Of a stretch of 64,000 bases of DNA, positions 39,825 through 53,379 are shown one piece after another; position 1 is the stretch's first letter, and the number at the start of each line of letters is the position of its first letter. The stretch is taken from the NCBI GenBank assembly GCA_021613535.1, contig CP075496.1:5890001-5954000 (forward strand). Direction: 5' to 3'. Source of the stretch: Adineta vaga (Eukaryota; Animalia; Rotifera). The translations under genes and the position numbers were made by a program. The notes beneath the pieces are model-generated. The model saw only the letters and a program-made list of their open reading frames with translations. It was not told the origin of the DNA and did no database searches.

Positions 39825-40953
39825 TCAATGAAATTTCGTCCTTATTTGAGAAACAAAATTCTAGTCAAAGAAAAAGAAAAATAAACGATGATGATTGTTT
39901 TCACACTTACAGTGAAAGAAAAAGAACAATCGATAAATGATACATTGATGTTAATAAACTAATCTTAATCTTTAGTTTTGTTTCTCGATTTGTTCGTATT
40001 ACAATTTCTTTTTCGTCGTAATAATAAAAAAAAAACATATAAAGAGACAGACATGGCTATATTTCATTTTGATTTCAATGATCCTTGATCCACTAAAATA
40101 TGCGCGTAATTTATGCTGTCAATTGAATTGAATGTGAAAATGTAAACGATCTAGGCAACCTTTTGCTGACGACAAACAGCCACACCCCATAGAAACTTTA
40201 ACTATAACAACAGGCACGTCTCATTTGTGTTTATATCCAACAGCGTATATACTCTCTTCTTTCTCTAATCACCATCAATAGATCGAGTTTCGAGCACAAA
40301 AAAAAATCATTCAGGCCAAAAGGTCAACATATCGAGTGAGATCTATGTCTATCATATGGATATACATTTGACATGTATACGTTGTCTTATTATTTTATTG
40401 TCAAATCGATGAGTATCTATTTGATTCAATGAACTTCAAAGAGTGGATAAATCAATTATATTCTTCTTTCGATCCAGTGAAACAATAATGGGAATCTATA
40501 TTTTTGACAAAAAGAAACAATTATCCGGTGAATATATGTTTGAATGTATTTATATTATGTGGGTAAAGATCTTTGTTGATGATAGGATAGATAATATGTT
40601 GAGATGTGATCAATGATATGAAAGATAAAACAAGACTGTCAAAGCATATCTGATGACGTTGAAAATTAATTATTTTCATTTTACTTTGATGCAATGACTT
40701 ATGTGAGTCACTGAAGCATACTTCAACTTCTAACAAAAACAGATACATAATGATTGAGTACAAAGTCAATAAAGTATTGTAACGAAGAAAAAGGATACGA
40801 TCAGATTTTGCTATCTATGATAATTTGTTTTTTTTGTTGCTTTTTTATTTTAATCAATACCATGATATACATACAGAATGAACGATAACAAGTAAGGAAA
40901 ACACAGGAATATTTGAGTAGAACATTGTTATACAACAGAGTTTTATGATCATA

Positions 40954-42173
40954 TTAATCCCATGAAGTCCATGATGGGCCTCCACGGTTTCCTCCACCTC
41001 GACCGCGGCCACCGCCACGACCATTATATGGTGCATAACCACGACCACCACCACCACCACCACCACCCATATTGCCTCGTCTCATTGGTCCACCAAAACT
41101 TTCTTGGCCATAGCTGAAAAACAGACGAAAACAAAATCCCACATGAAATCATAAATGACACGAACCCTTGACCGAATGATGTCCAATTTCCATTTCCATT
41201 TCCATCATTAAAATTTGATCCATAACCACCATTATAATTATCATTTGGCATTGATCCAAATGGATTTGGACCATTAAAATTATCCTGTTGATAATTATTA
41301 TATCCACTATTATAGTTTGATCTTGACATTGATGGTTGTCCTTGACGAAATCGCATATTTCCAGTAGAACGTTGTGATGCATCTCGTGATTGTGCTTTTT
41401 GAGCATCCAACGTTCGACCACATACAGTATGAGTTTTTTCAAGAATAGCTTTATCAACTGAATCATAACTATTTATGAAATAAAATTTAATTAATTGAAA
41501 ACAAAAATCAATCCAATTAACTTACTCATCAAATTCAACAAAACCATATCTAATAAAAATAAAAATAAAAAAGAAACGCGAATGTTTTCGAATGGAAATT
41601 ATATCATATTCATACCCTCGATATTGTCCTTCACGATCTTTCATCACAACAACATCTGTAACTGTACCAAATGTAGTAAAATATTCTCTAAGATCATTCT
41701 CGGTTATGGGTTCTTTTACACCACCTAAATAGATTTTTTTCACGGACAGTTGCATATTTGGTTTATGAGTATCTTCACGTGGAACCTAAATTTAGAAAGT
41801 TAAAGAAAACAGGAAAGAAAAACATGTTTACTTACTGCACGTTTTGGTTCTACAACACGATTATCAAGTGTATGTGGTCGTGCTTGCATTACAGCATCAA
41901 CACCTGACGATTCGGCAAATGTGACAAAACCAAAACCACGTGAATGACCATCACGATCACGTAAAATTGTTGCTTCACTTAAATATAATTGCTATTTTGA
42001 AATGAACTTTTCAGAAACGAACATTAAACTTACATGACTGTACCAAATTTGGTCCAATACTCTCGAAATTCATTCTCATCTATATTATAAGATAAACTTC
42101 CAATAAAAACTTTTCGTTTTTGTTCTGGTTCTAATTCTTGATCGACCGGTTTTGTCAGTTCCGTATCCGTCAT
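40954..42173 (-). CDS. hnRNP A/B-family protein (2 RRMs, N/G-rich prion-like region, M9-like PY-NLS, RGG tail)
   Basis: EPEQKRKVFIGSL, RGFGFVTF, RPHTLDNRVVEPKRAVPRED, VKKIYLGGV, RGYGFVEF, FGGPMRRGNMG...RGYAPY. Confidence 0.92.
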
Positions 42174-42465
42174 AATAACAAGAAAAATAGAAGATTAAAC
42201 TTCTACAATAGACAGAAAAGCAATTAAAATTCGATCGAATAAACGAAATAAATCAAACAGAAACAAGCATATACAACAATTCTCAAAATCTAACTGAACA
42301 TATAAATAATAAGTTTTATTTTTATTTGATACATAAATCAAAGTACAAAATCGAATATACGTTTACACTCATACTCCTCAATCATTGATCTTCTCATGTG
42401 CTCGAATTCAGAAGACATTGAGAGAGAGAGAGAGAAGAATAAGTTTGTTTTTTTATCATCACTCA

Positions 42466-42466
<1 letters not shown>

Positions 42467-42496
<30 letters not shown>

Positions 42497-42500
42497 TGTA
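42467..42500. repeat. (TATG)n tetranucleotide microsatellite
   Basis: About 8 perfect units. Confidence 0.9.
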
Positions 42501-44162
42501 TAATCCTACAATATATAAAAATATGTCGTTTCGTATAACACGTATTTATACATGCTCAATTTAAAAAAATAAAAAAGAAGAAAACCTGCCTATTTATGAT
42601 CAGTATTCATTTGGTTCTTGTAAATCAACTTACACATTCTTCATTTTGATCATTGATAAATTTATTGTCATTCACTTCGTTCAGCCAGTACCAGTACGAC
42701 AAATGATAGAGATAACATCTAGAAAATAAAAAAAAATTCGAGACGTATGAGATACAGAATGATGTGTGTGAACACTCAACACTCGTATATATTGTTATTT
42801 ACAATTAAGATCAACTTGAGAAAAACAACGTTTTATAAGAAACAGGATCATTGGTGAATTTGAAACAATTTCAATCTTGATTGTTTTTTTTTCTCGGAAG
42901 ATATCGAATAAGATTAAACTATCAGGAAAAAAAACGAACAGCAGAAAGAAGAACTTTAATCTAAATATTCTTGGATATACACTATGAAAGACTGACTTTC
43001 CGTTCACATACAAATTAATCGCAAGAAAATAGCTGGTAATGTTTCTTTTCTTGTTTGTATATGTGTATATATATATATATGTATATATATTCCAATTTAG
43101 AATTTATTCGAACCAACAGCAATAGTAGTAATAGCACGCGTTCTCGTTTTTTTCACATAAATATTCTCAAGAAGCTGTAATAAGAAGAATAATAATAGGT
43201 AAGTTAAACAAGAGTAGAAAAAACTGGATAGGATATAAAACAAACGAAAGAAAAAAGAGTTACAAATGTTCGCGAGATATATTAGATAGTAATAAGATAA
43301 CGGAAGAACTAAAAAATGAGAATGAGGGAAAGAGAACCAACATCAGGAACAGCACCAAAAAAACGTCTTGTGTTGAAAAGAACAATATGCAATATTTCAA
43401 CCCTCTAGAAAGTATCAACTACTAAGAAATAGAACATTAATGACAAAGAATTATATAATTTGACAAAGAGGAAAAGAAGAAGAAGAAGAAGAAATACAAT
43501 CCAAGACGTGACAACTTACATAGACAGTATAGAACCCTTAACCAAAAATCAAAGAAGGAGTATATATATGTATACAATGAAACAAATAGAAAAATATCCA
43601 GACTAGATAGAATAGACAAGAAAAAGAACTGAAGAACATAAACAAAGCGAAAAGAAATTGAGGACCGGGAGTGAACAAAGATAGGGAGGAAACAGCCGGT
43701 GGTGACATTTCTTCTTCTGTATATGTTTCTTTTTTCTAATATTTCTTTCTCTTACACACACCGGAACTAGACGCATAAAAGAAACACTGTTCGAATATCA
43801 TATATAATTTCTCTTTTTTTTCTGATCTATGTTATCACCGGCATCACAAACACAAAACACAAACGATAATGATGGTATTGACTGAAAAAGATGGAAAATA
43901 CTGCCATGAAAAGAAAAAATACATAGAAACACGTAAGACAAATAAAATAACTGTTCTCGAATACAGAAAGAACGAAGAAGAAAAAAACGAGGCCATTCTA
44001 CATGAAAAAATACTGTTCACTAGTACATTAGATAAAACTGTACAAATTCACATAAACATGTAGAAATAACGGCCAAACACGTAAGAAAAAGAAGAAATTC
44101 AAGGATGAACGATTCGTATTGCCCATGAATAAACAATGTTCTAAAGATCATCTTTGTTCGTA

Positions 44163-47100
44163 TTAATCGCTGTCAACTTGTGTATTAGAGATTGATGGCG
44201 ATGGAACACCACCTGTTGATGATGAACCGTCATCAGAAGGGATCATTAATCCTGATGGTATACCATCGAATGAATCATTTTTAATATCATTAGATAATGA
44301 TTCTGTAGTATGAGGAAGAAGAAGCGAATTGGGTGTTGTTGTTAAACCACGCGATACTGAATGAACAGTTCGTGCATGACGTCGCAAACTATTCGAATGA
44401 CGAAATGCTTTACCACAACTTGTACAAGTAAATGGCTTAAAGAGGAGAAACAAAAACGAACACATAGTCAAATGTTTTATTAAGTTCTTATTTAAAAAAA
44501 TCATACTTTAACACCACTATGTATTCGTAAATGACAACTTAGATTTCCTTGTTGTCCAAAACGTTTATGGCATATTGGACATTCAAATGGCTAAAATAAT
44601 CTTATGCTTCTTTTCATCATCGAAATTAATTGAAGAAAAACTAACCTTCTTCTTGCTATGCTCTTTCGTATGTGTTTCTAAATCAGCAAAAACAGGAAAA
44701 ACTTTGTCACAATGTTGACACTAAAATTAAACGAATATTATCAATACATAATTCATAATTTTCTTTTACTCTAAAACCAGTATTTGTAAATTTTTGATTT
44801 CCATGTTCATTAAGAATATGTTTTTTAATATCATCATCATTAGTACCGCATATCCAACATTGTTTTTCATTTTTGGCATGTGTTTGACAATGGAGTAATA
44901 GTGTTTTGTCACTAAATAGAACTTTTCCACATTCTGCACATGAACGTGGATCTAATTTTCGATGTTGTTGCCGTTGGTTGGAATTATTATCATCATTATT
45001 TGTTGATAATAAATCTGTTGTAGTCTGTGGTAAACTAACCATTGAAAGATTATTATGTGCATTTATATATTCTAATTGACCACTAGTTGATAGACGTTGT
45101 CGTTTTGATGAACCCGAACGACGATTTCCAGATGGTGAAAGAGATTGCAAAGAATCATTCGGTATCGCACTCTCTTTATGATCTAAAGATTTCGAATTAA
45201 GTGTGAAAAAGAAGGAGAAAAAGAAAAACTTTTGTTTTCGTTTTCTCATGTATTGCATCAGAGGGATCAAAGCTTGCAATATTGAATAGATAACAACATG
45301 CATTGTATTCAGATTATTCTCCAAAATCATCAGTTGCAATATGAGAAACGAATATTCCTTTTTTTCTCTCGTGTAAATAATGAATTATTTACCTTCATCA
45401 AGATGTTGATAGTAATGTCCTACATTTGATGAATTTCCATTTTCTTTTTTTGAATGTATCTAAAGAAAAGTCAATGTTATGCTTATACGTAGAATCGAAC
45501 CGATAAACTTTCATTTTATACCATTCAACTATTTTAAGTACGTACTTAAAATGTTGACTCGACAGATTAAAATTGTAAAACGAAACTTAATTCTACAGTT
45601 ATTAGATTAAAGATAAAACATTAAACTAATCTTTCACAGAAAGTTATAAACGGCGAAAATAATTCCTTATATCTATGATATGTGTCAGTTTTATGTCAAT
45701 CTTTCTTGTTCGGTGAAATACTGTCTTTTTGCTCATTCAAATTAGAAAAACTTAATGATGAATATACCACAAAACTTTGAATATCTGCTGTCGTCGAATC
45801 ATGATTCGGTCGTCGACCACTTTTTAATGTTAATTCCAAAGGATGATCAAGTAAATCTTGATGGTTAATATTCTCCGTTGAGTTATTCATTGATTCATGT
45901 CGACCAGTCGGAGAAGTCTAAATAGTGAAGATAATAATAAGAAATTTTCATTATGGAATAGTGAAATGCAATTTTTACATCGCCATCATCATCTGCTGAT
46001 CGATGATTTGTGATAACACGTTTTTCTGGTGTTGATTTTCGTTTTCGACCGCTTCCACTTTGCTTCTTATTTGGTGATACTAATGCTATAGGAGATGAAT
46101 GAGTTTTATTTTGTAGAGCAGATGCAGCAGCAGCCATTTGTGCTGCCTGTGCGGCTGCAAGTGGATCATTTAAAATTTTTAATAGAAAATTTTGTTGCAT
46201 ATTAGCAAAAGTATTCATCATTGAATCAACATTGTTGCCATCATGACTGATATTTTGACCTGCAGCAGCAGCAGCAGCATTGGCTAACATATGCGCAAGA
46301 TGTAATTGAAGAAGAGCTGGATTTGTTGTATCGAGTGAAGGTAGTTCGGAAGAATTTAAATTAGATACGGCATTTCGTCGTAATAAATCTGGGATATTTT
46401 TTGAATTAGGTTCATGATATTTTGATGTTGAATTTCGAAGAGCACGGTCTTCTTCTTCTTCTTCTTCGTCAGCATCTTCTTCATCATCACCATCATCATT
46501 TTCCTCATCTTTGCACTGACGATCTGTTTTATTTCGGTTTGTTGCATTGTTTCGTGGAACATTGACTGATGTCTCTCCAATTCTTGATTTTGAAGAAGTG
46601 AAATGAAGAGATTTCGGTCGATTGGAAGAAATTATATTTGGTGGTAGAGCTGATTTCGTATCATCATGCTCGTTATCCGATTCCTCCTACAATGAATCAA
46701 TCGATTAAAATATATATTTGAGAAAGAAATGAAATCTTATACAATAGATGAATATTAATTATTCAAATATAAATAGAACGCACTTTAAATATGATATGAT
46801 TGATTGAACTAGGAAATCGATTTTTTTTTCATATTAAAAGAAAGCTATTTTATCAAGGATTAGCGAATGAGAATGATGAAAAGTGCAGCTGTTTAGTATT
46901 TAGAAGTCAGATTACTGCGTGAAGGTTTCTGGCTTCAGATGCAAAAGAAAACATGTCTGATTGTGGTAGAGAAGTAACGAAAAAAAAGTCTATGTCATTT
47001 GGCTTTCTTTATTGAGTAATAAAGAATAATAGTCAATATTAGAAGGAAAGATTGTACATCTTTGCTGCTTCTACAACTCTCAAGGACAAACTATCTCATC

Positions 47101-47657
47101 AGTAGAGTTTGAACAGAAAATGATCGTTTAATATCTATTTTTAAACTAACCTCTTCATCATCATCGATATCATCGAATTCATCATCATCATCATCATTAT
47201 CATCGGAATTACTAATAGATAACTGTTCAATTTGCATTTTGTCTCCTGTTGAATTTTTCTTTTGAGTTTTGGCTGATAATGATGATGTTACCAGTCGATT
47301 TGATTTATTAAATTTAATTTTTAATTGATTGATTGTTTTCTTCAGATATTTTGCACATTGTTCAATCTCTAATAATACTTTTGAACAATCATAACAAATA
47401 AAATTTGAGACATTTTTTATTGGTTCTATTTGTGTACGTAAATAACGTAGAATTAAATCTCGAAAGCAAACTGTTCGATTGGAAACTTTAATTCGATATG
47501 AATGATATTTTTTCAATGGAATTTTTGTACGTTGTACATGTTTGAATAGATGATAATATTTTTGACAACATATCGATGAAAATAATGTTGAACGATCACG
47601 TAAAATTAATGAATAACAAAGACGACAACGATCACGTTTGGCTAAATAAACAGTCAT
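44163..47657 (-). CDS. C2H2 zinc-finger transcription factor with an N-terminal ZAD-like C4 domain
   Basis: N-terminal CRLC...ICYDC; acidic and Ala/Gln-rich middle; five C2H2 fingers, e.g. FECPICHKRFGQQGNLSCHLRIHSGVKPFTCTSCGKAFRHSNSLRRHARTVH. Confidence 0.85.
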
Positions 47658-48954
47658 TTCGATTAACAAATACTGTTCATAAATGAATTCATTATTGTTG
47701 TTATTCTTAAAAATTCTATTCACATTTGATTTTGTAATAAAATGTCTTGAGATCAATAAATTCTTCCGACTAAAAATAGAATATCTTATGTAGAGAAAAA
47801 AGAAGAATACCACAAATCTACAATACAACAACAACAACAATAATTATAATGATCGTGATATTACATTAAGCTGAGGATTTTTCGATTGACAAGAAGCAAT
47901 ACAACATTGGAGACAATGACGAACGAATATTTAGATATTATTCCTACCGTTCAATGAAATCATCATGTCTCCAATATGAGATGGAACTCATTATTTCAAG
48001 TATAAGAAAGTCAAATATTTCATCGATTCTTATCTTTTTGCATCCATTTTTTTCTCGTACAATAATCTATGACTATGAACAATGTATTCGATCTCAATAG
48101 TTGCGATGCACACATTGATGAAACTAAAGAATAAAGAAATTGTTTGAAAAAAAAAAGATTAGATAATACTATTAATGTGTTTACTTGATCGAGTAGAATA
48201 CGAGAGAACAAATGTCTTTGTGGCAAACATCTAAAAAAGAAGGTAAAAGAAACGAAAAGAAAAAAAAGGAGAGTAAGAAGTGGTTCAACGACTATGCAAC
48301 GTTTTATTGATTTTTACCATATCGTTATCACATACACACATACATGTCGGCTGCTCCTTTTGTGCTATCAGCAACCTTGTCACGACCTCTAATGACCTTC
48401 CAAACCAAGGTTGCTTCCGAACTGAACATCTCCCTCTTTCTTTCCATCCTATCGACATATGCATACATATATATGTGTATACATACATATATTTATATGT
48501 ATATATAAGTAGGAGAAAAAAAAGAACAGATCCATTTACGTTCATCGCAATCGACCCTGTATGTGTATATGAATAGAGGAGGTCTGCCTTCTCTTCTTTT
48601 TTTTTCTTTCGCAATTGCCTTGAACAAACAGACAAGCGGCTGCTGTCGCCGCCGCTTCGTTGAATGTTATTAACCTTGGAAGAGCAACATTTGTCCGACT
48701 CTTCGTCCTCTACAGAAATCGTTCTTTTTTTCTCATATGTAACACATTGTACGTTCAATAATGTTCAAATAAATCTAGAAAATAAGAAAAATATTTTAAT
48801 AGAAATTTGACAACAAATTTCTTTCCAACATACCATTTGTTTATCATTTATGGAAAAAATAAATGTGAGAATCGAACCAACTATATCATAACAATAACAA
48901 TAGATGCTCAATGGTTCAATTTTGACGATGAATGTAGCGCTCTTCATAAGTTAT

Positions 48955-48980
48955 GATTGGTTAATTGAAATAAACCAATC
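48955..48980. promoter_or_regulatory. Inverted pair of CCAAT boxes between the divergent zinc-finger and CDC73 genes
   Basis: GATTGGTT-N10-AACCAATC, ~150 bp upstream of the CDC73 ATG. Confidence 0.5.
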
Positions 48981-49126
48981 AAAAAAATATTCGTCTGTTT
49001 ATTTATTTTATTTTGACTTGTGTTGTGTTGTGTCGTATGCATCTACTTTCTACTTTACTTTACTTTCATCACAATTTCATTTATTAAACACTCGTACTGA
49101 AATCTCATCTTGATTGATATAATAAA

Positions 49127-51251
49127 ATGGCCGATGCACTTAGTCTTCTTCGACAATTTACAATTGAAAATAAAGAGTATACAATTGAAAGTGATCGATT
49201 TGTATTCAATGATTTAGCATATCCAAAAGATGTTAAAACAAATTATCTTGTTTATGGGTATTTTTCTTTTACTTTAATAATGATTTTTCAAAAATATTCA
49301 TTTGGATTTATTTAAGTACTGGAAAAGACAATGCAGGAAAAGATTATTATACACTTGAAAGTATTATTTTTCTGTTGAAAAATGTTGACTTACAACATGC
49401 AAATTATGTGAAGAAAGCAGCTGTATGTATTCTATTTTTTAATGTTGATGAAAGACGGCAAAGTTTTTTCTTCTATAGGAAAAAGGTATTCCAGCTATTA
49501 GTCGTCCAGATCGTAAAGATCTTCTTGCATATCTAAACGGTGTTACAAATACAGCGGATCGAATTGATAAAAATGCATTGGACATATCTATGCAACGACC
49601 ATTGCAAGGTAAGTTAAATATTGACATGTATTTACATTAAAAATTTGTATTTTTAGTCAATAAAAGACCTGCAGAAGATCCTCGTATGGATGCAGCTAAA
49701 ATTCCACGTGCTGAAGATGATGATATAGAAAAAATTAAAAATCGTCGAGAGAAAAAATTCGATGAAAAAAACAAAGAAATTGCTGTAGATCAAATTCGTC
49801 CGTTGTCTGGTGACTTGTCAAAAGAAGCTATTCTTAAAATTCGAGCCAAATATCGTGCTGTGGCTCGTGATAAAATTGTTGATTTCAAAGAAAATGAAGA
49901 CACACCAGAGCCAAGTACTGAACCATTATCAATTACGGCAGATACATTTGAAATTATAAAACGTGAACGAACATGGAGAAATCGTACAACTGTTTTACAA
50001 AGTTCAAATAAAGTATGAAGACAAATGCATATTCTATTGTCGATTAAATTGCATTTGATTTATTCTAGAATTTTGCTAAAGATATTCTTTCAATATTAAA
50101 TTCAATTAAAGCCAGAGAAGAAAGTGAACAAAAACAAGAAGCACTTGCTGCACATTCATCACCCGTTCGTGACGTAAGAATGCTGGAATTTTCCAAGAAT
50201 TAATCTTCATATGGTTTGTGTTTTTAATTTTAGACAACTACACGTGCTCCTGTTGAAGGTTATTCTCGATATAATCAAGAGAAATTCGTACCCAGAGATG
50301 AGTCTGAATTTAAAATTGATACACATGCTTCATATCACGGTTTAACATTAAAAACAGTGACCGAAGGTGCTACACCAAATAAATTCTTAGTAAGACAGTT
50401 TCATTGAATACCATCCATATTCTCTTATTCATATTCTAGTCAGCAACAAACTCTTCCATACCTAAACCGATTGTTCCTGCCAATGATAAATTACATGCGG
50501 CAAGTGGTGATTCATCAAAACGTCCATCACGTACACCAATTATTGTTATTCCACCAGCATTAACATCATTAATAACTAGATATAATTGTAAAGAATTACT
50601 TGAAGATTTGAAGTAAATTTCATTAAAATAATAATCAATTCAAAACTGTTATGTTTTTTTTTCATTCAGATACATATCAACTGAAGAAGGTAAAGCAAGT
50701 GGAACGAAACGTGATGGAGATATATTAATACAACGTAAGAAAGGAAATTTAACAGTACCATATCGAATTACTGATGATCCTCTTCGATTAACAAAACAAG
50801 ATTGGTATAGAGAAATTTTTACACAAACGAATTAGAAATAATTTGTCTTTATCTGTATATAGGGATGAACGTGTTGTTGCGGTTTTTGCCCAAGGTCCTG
50901 CTTGGCAATTTAAAGGCTGGCCATGGGGAGGAAATCCAGTAGAAATATTCCAGAGAAGTACAGTGAAAGTTTTCTTCATAAATTAAGAAATGCACGTTCT
51001 TTATTTGATTAGTTAAAGCATATCATATTAAATGGAGTCAATTAAAAACCGATACAAATATTTCGAAATGGTCTGTACATCTAATTGAATTAGATCAAAA
51101 CAAACGTCATCTTGATTGTGCTCGTATACGAACATTTTGGGATTCACTTGACCAGTAAGCTTTATTTGAGAGAAAATATACAAATGTATTTTTATTTTGA
51201 TTGTTATTATTTAGATTTATTGCAAAAAATAAATCAACTTTGAGGTATTAA
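49127..51251 (+). CDS. CDC73: Parafibromin (PAF1 complex subunit)
   Basis: [81 protein letters not shown]. Confidence 0.96.
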
Positions 51252-51730
51252 ATTAATGAGATTAAAAATGCTTGCAATGGACAATTGAATTCAACTGATG
51301 CGTTTGCTGTTGTTGTTTGTTTTTTTATACTATCAAATCATACGAAGTTTTCTTTTTGTTCTTATTGTACATCAAATAAAACACCTGTGGAAATACCACC
51401 TTATTGTGATAATCAATTATGTTCTTCTTCTGGTATGATCTTTTTGAGAAAGAAAAGTGATTATATAAAAATAATTTCGATAGTAATAACAAATATCTTT
51501 CGAGACATCATTGATAATATTATATGTTAAAATTATTTTCCAAATTACTTTCGATAACAAGATATTGTAAATCCTTTGGGATATTTTTATAATTCATCTA
51601 AACATAGATTAACTTACTCAGAGGGTGAAATCGTCATGAGATGTAAAGTAGTATAATTAGCAAATTCTATATTCATATTTTTGTTATGTAGGAAACAGAG
51701 TAGAAAAATAGTGATGAATATCTTCGACTA
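51250..51730 (-). pseudogene. Decayed coding remnant, tentatively like the TM7SF3 N-terminus
   Basis: Signal-peptide-like KIFITIFLLCFL, then MNIEFANYTTLHLMTISPSE | NYKNIPKDLQYLVIE | IIPEEEHN*LSQ*GGISTGVLFDVQ*EQKENFV*FDS. Splice-like sites present, with in-frame stops and phase mismatches. Confidence 0.35.
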
Positions 51731-51847
51731 ATTGGAAAGAGATCTAAGTCGCTCATTTCTATTTTATTAGACTTCAATAATAAATTGCAACTTAAATTAC
51801 AGAGAAAAAAAAAGAAGAAAATCACGAGGTAAAAATACGATCGATTA

Positions 51848-53379
51848 TTAAATCGCAGTTGATGATAGTAAATCGATTGTATGCATTAATTGTTCATTCT
51901 AAATATAAAAATGTTCAATCACAATCAATAGCATACATTTTACATACACGTAAACAATATTTTTCAAAATCATCGAAATTAATACTACCGACATGTCGAA
52001 AATCAAGTCTCTAAATAATAGAAAAATATACAATTATGTAATCAAAAGAGAAACAAAAGATCTACTTCAAATAATACAGCTGAATGTTTTTCGACAGTAT
52101 CTTCCGTAACAGGTTGATGAATATAACAATTTGGCCCAAGAAGATTATACAACGATCGAATAATCGTTTCAAATGTCTATAAAGTACAAAAAACTAAATT
52201 CTTCAACAAAGAGAAGAAAACAATGCTTCATACTTGTTTTGTTAATTTACCATCATCTGATATATCATAGAATCGAAAGATCCATTGTAATCTTTCTTTC
52301 ATACTACCACGAATCAATATAGATAATGTTTGGACATAATCCTAAATCAAAAATAATATCGTATATTATAAATCAATCATATTTTGCAAGTTCTTCTTCC
52401 TTTCTCTATGTAAATAGTTCGAATATAAAGTATTTCATATTGTTTCAAGTACACTCGTTCTTATCGACATTAGTGATTGAAATAAGAGTACTTTTGTCAA
52501 TCTTATTATACAAATTTTTGTCCTATAATTTTTATGAGAAAATTACTTCAAAAGTAAAATACATTCGTTTCCGTCGATCCAAAAGACGAAATAGAGCACT
52601 TGTATAACTTTGACAATCACCGTGTGGAAAAAAATGTGAATAGATTGTTTGAAATTCACGTTCTGTTACTGCACCACGTGGACATTCCTAGAGAGAGAAA
52701 GATAATTATACAGCATGAGGAAAATTTCCATAGAATTTCTTCATACTTGTTTAAAGCCTTTATAAAGCAATCGTATTTCTGATTTATTGAATTTTGTTGT
52801 TCGTACAATATCTTCCAAACTTTTCGGTACTTTACGTACTTCAGTCGGAAAAAGTGATAACGGTTCGTCTTCATCTGCTAAAATAAAGATAAGATGATTA
52901 TATAGTAGAATATCTGTCAATATTATCATCTGAATATTTTTCTATTTAGATAGATGAGTAATGTCATTATTAATCTATTCATTACGTCTTTTATATTGCC
53001 TATGCACTTTCAAGATCGTCATCTTCATTTTTACACTATTCAATACATCAATAACAGCTGCTTTATATCTTTCGAGCAATGTTTATATGAAAGACAAGTT
53101 ATGTCATGTCAATACATAAGCCTCAAGTACCTAATATTCTTTCTTAGAGGAAGAAAGAATCTTAGTTTTCATTAATATACTTAAGACTTTCTGTTTTTCC
53201 TTTGGTGTATATTATCATTTATTAGGCAAAGATTAGAGCTTGTTCTCTATGGTACATCCATATATACATAGCATTATCATCATTATGTCAATTAACATAT
53301 CAGGAAATAGAAGAGAAAAAAGTGAAAACGATAAAAGAATTTGAGATCAGTTTAAGCACTTACACGCAAATGATTCCAT
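51848..53379 (-). CDS. KCNIP: Kv channel-interacting protein (KChIP/calsenilin, NCS family), divergent; a second candidate first exon lies at 54110-54089
   Basis: PKSLEDIVRTTKFNKSEIRLLYKGFKQECPRGAVTEREFQTIYSHFFPHGD; LSILIRGSMKERLQWIFRFYDISDDGKLTK; first exon MESFA in phase 1. Confidence 0.88.

Noticed and set aside
48280-48758. 157-aa and 98-aa ORFs between the zinc-finger gene and CDC73
   Set aside because: They run through TA repeats and are more likely promoter or 5'UTR sequence.
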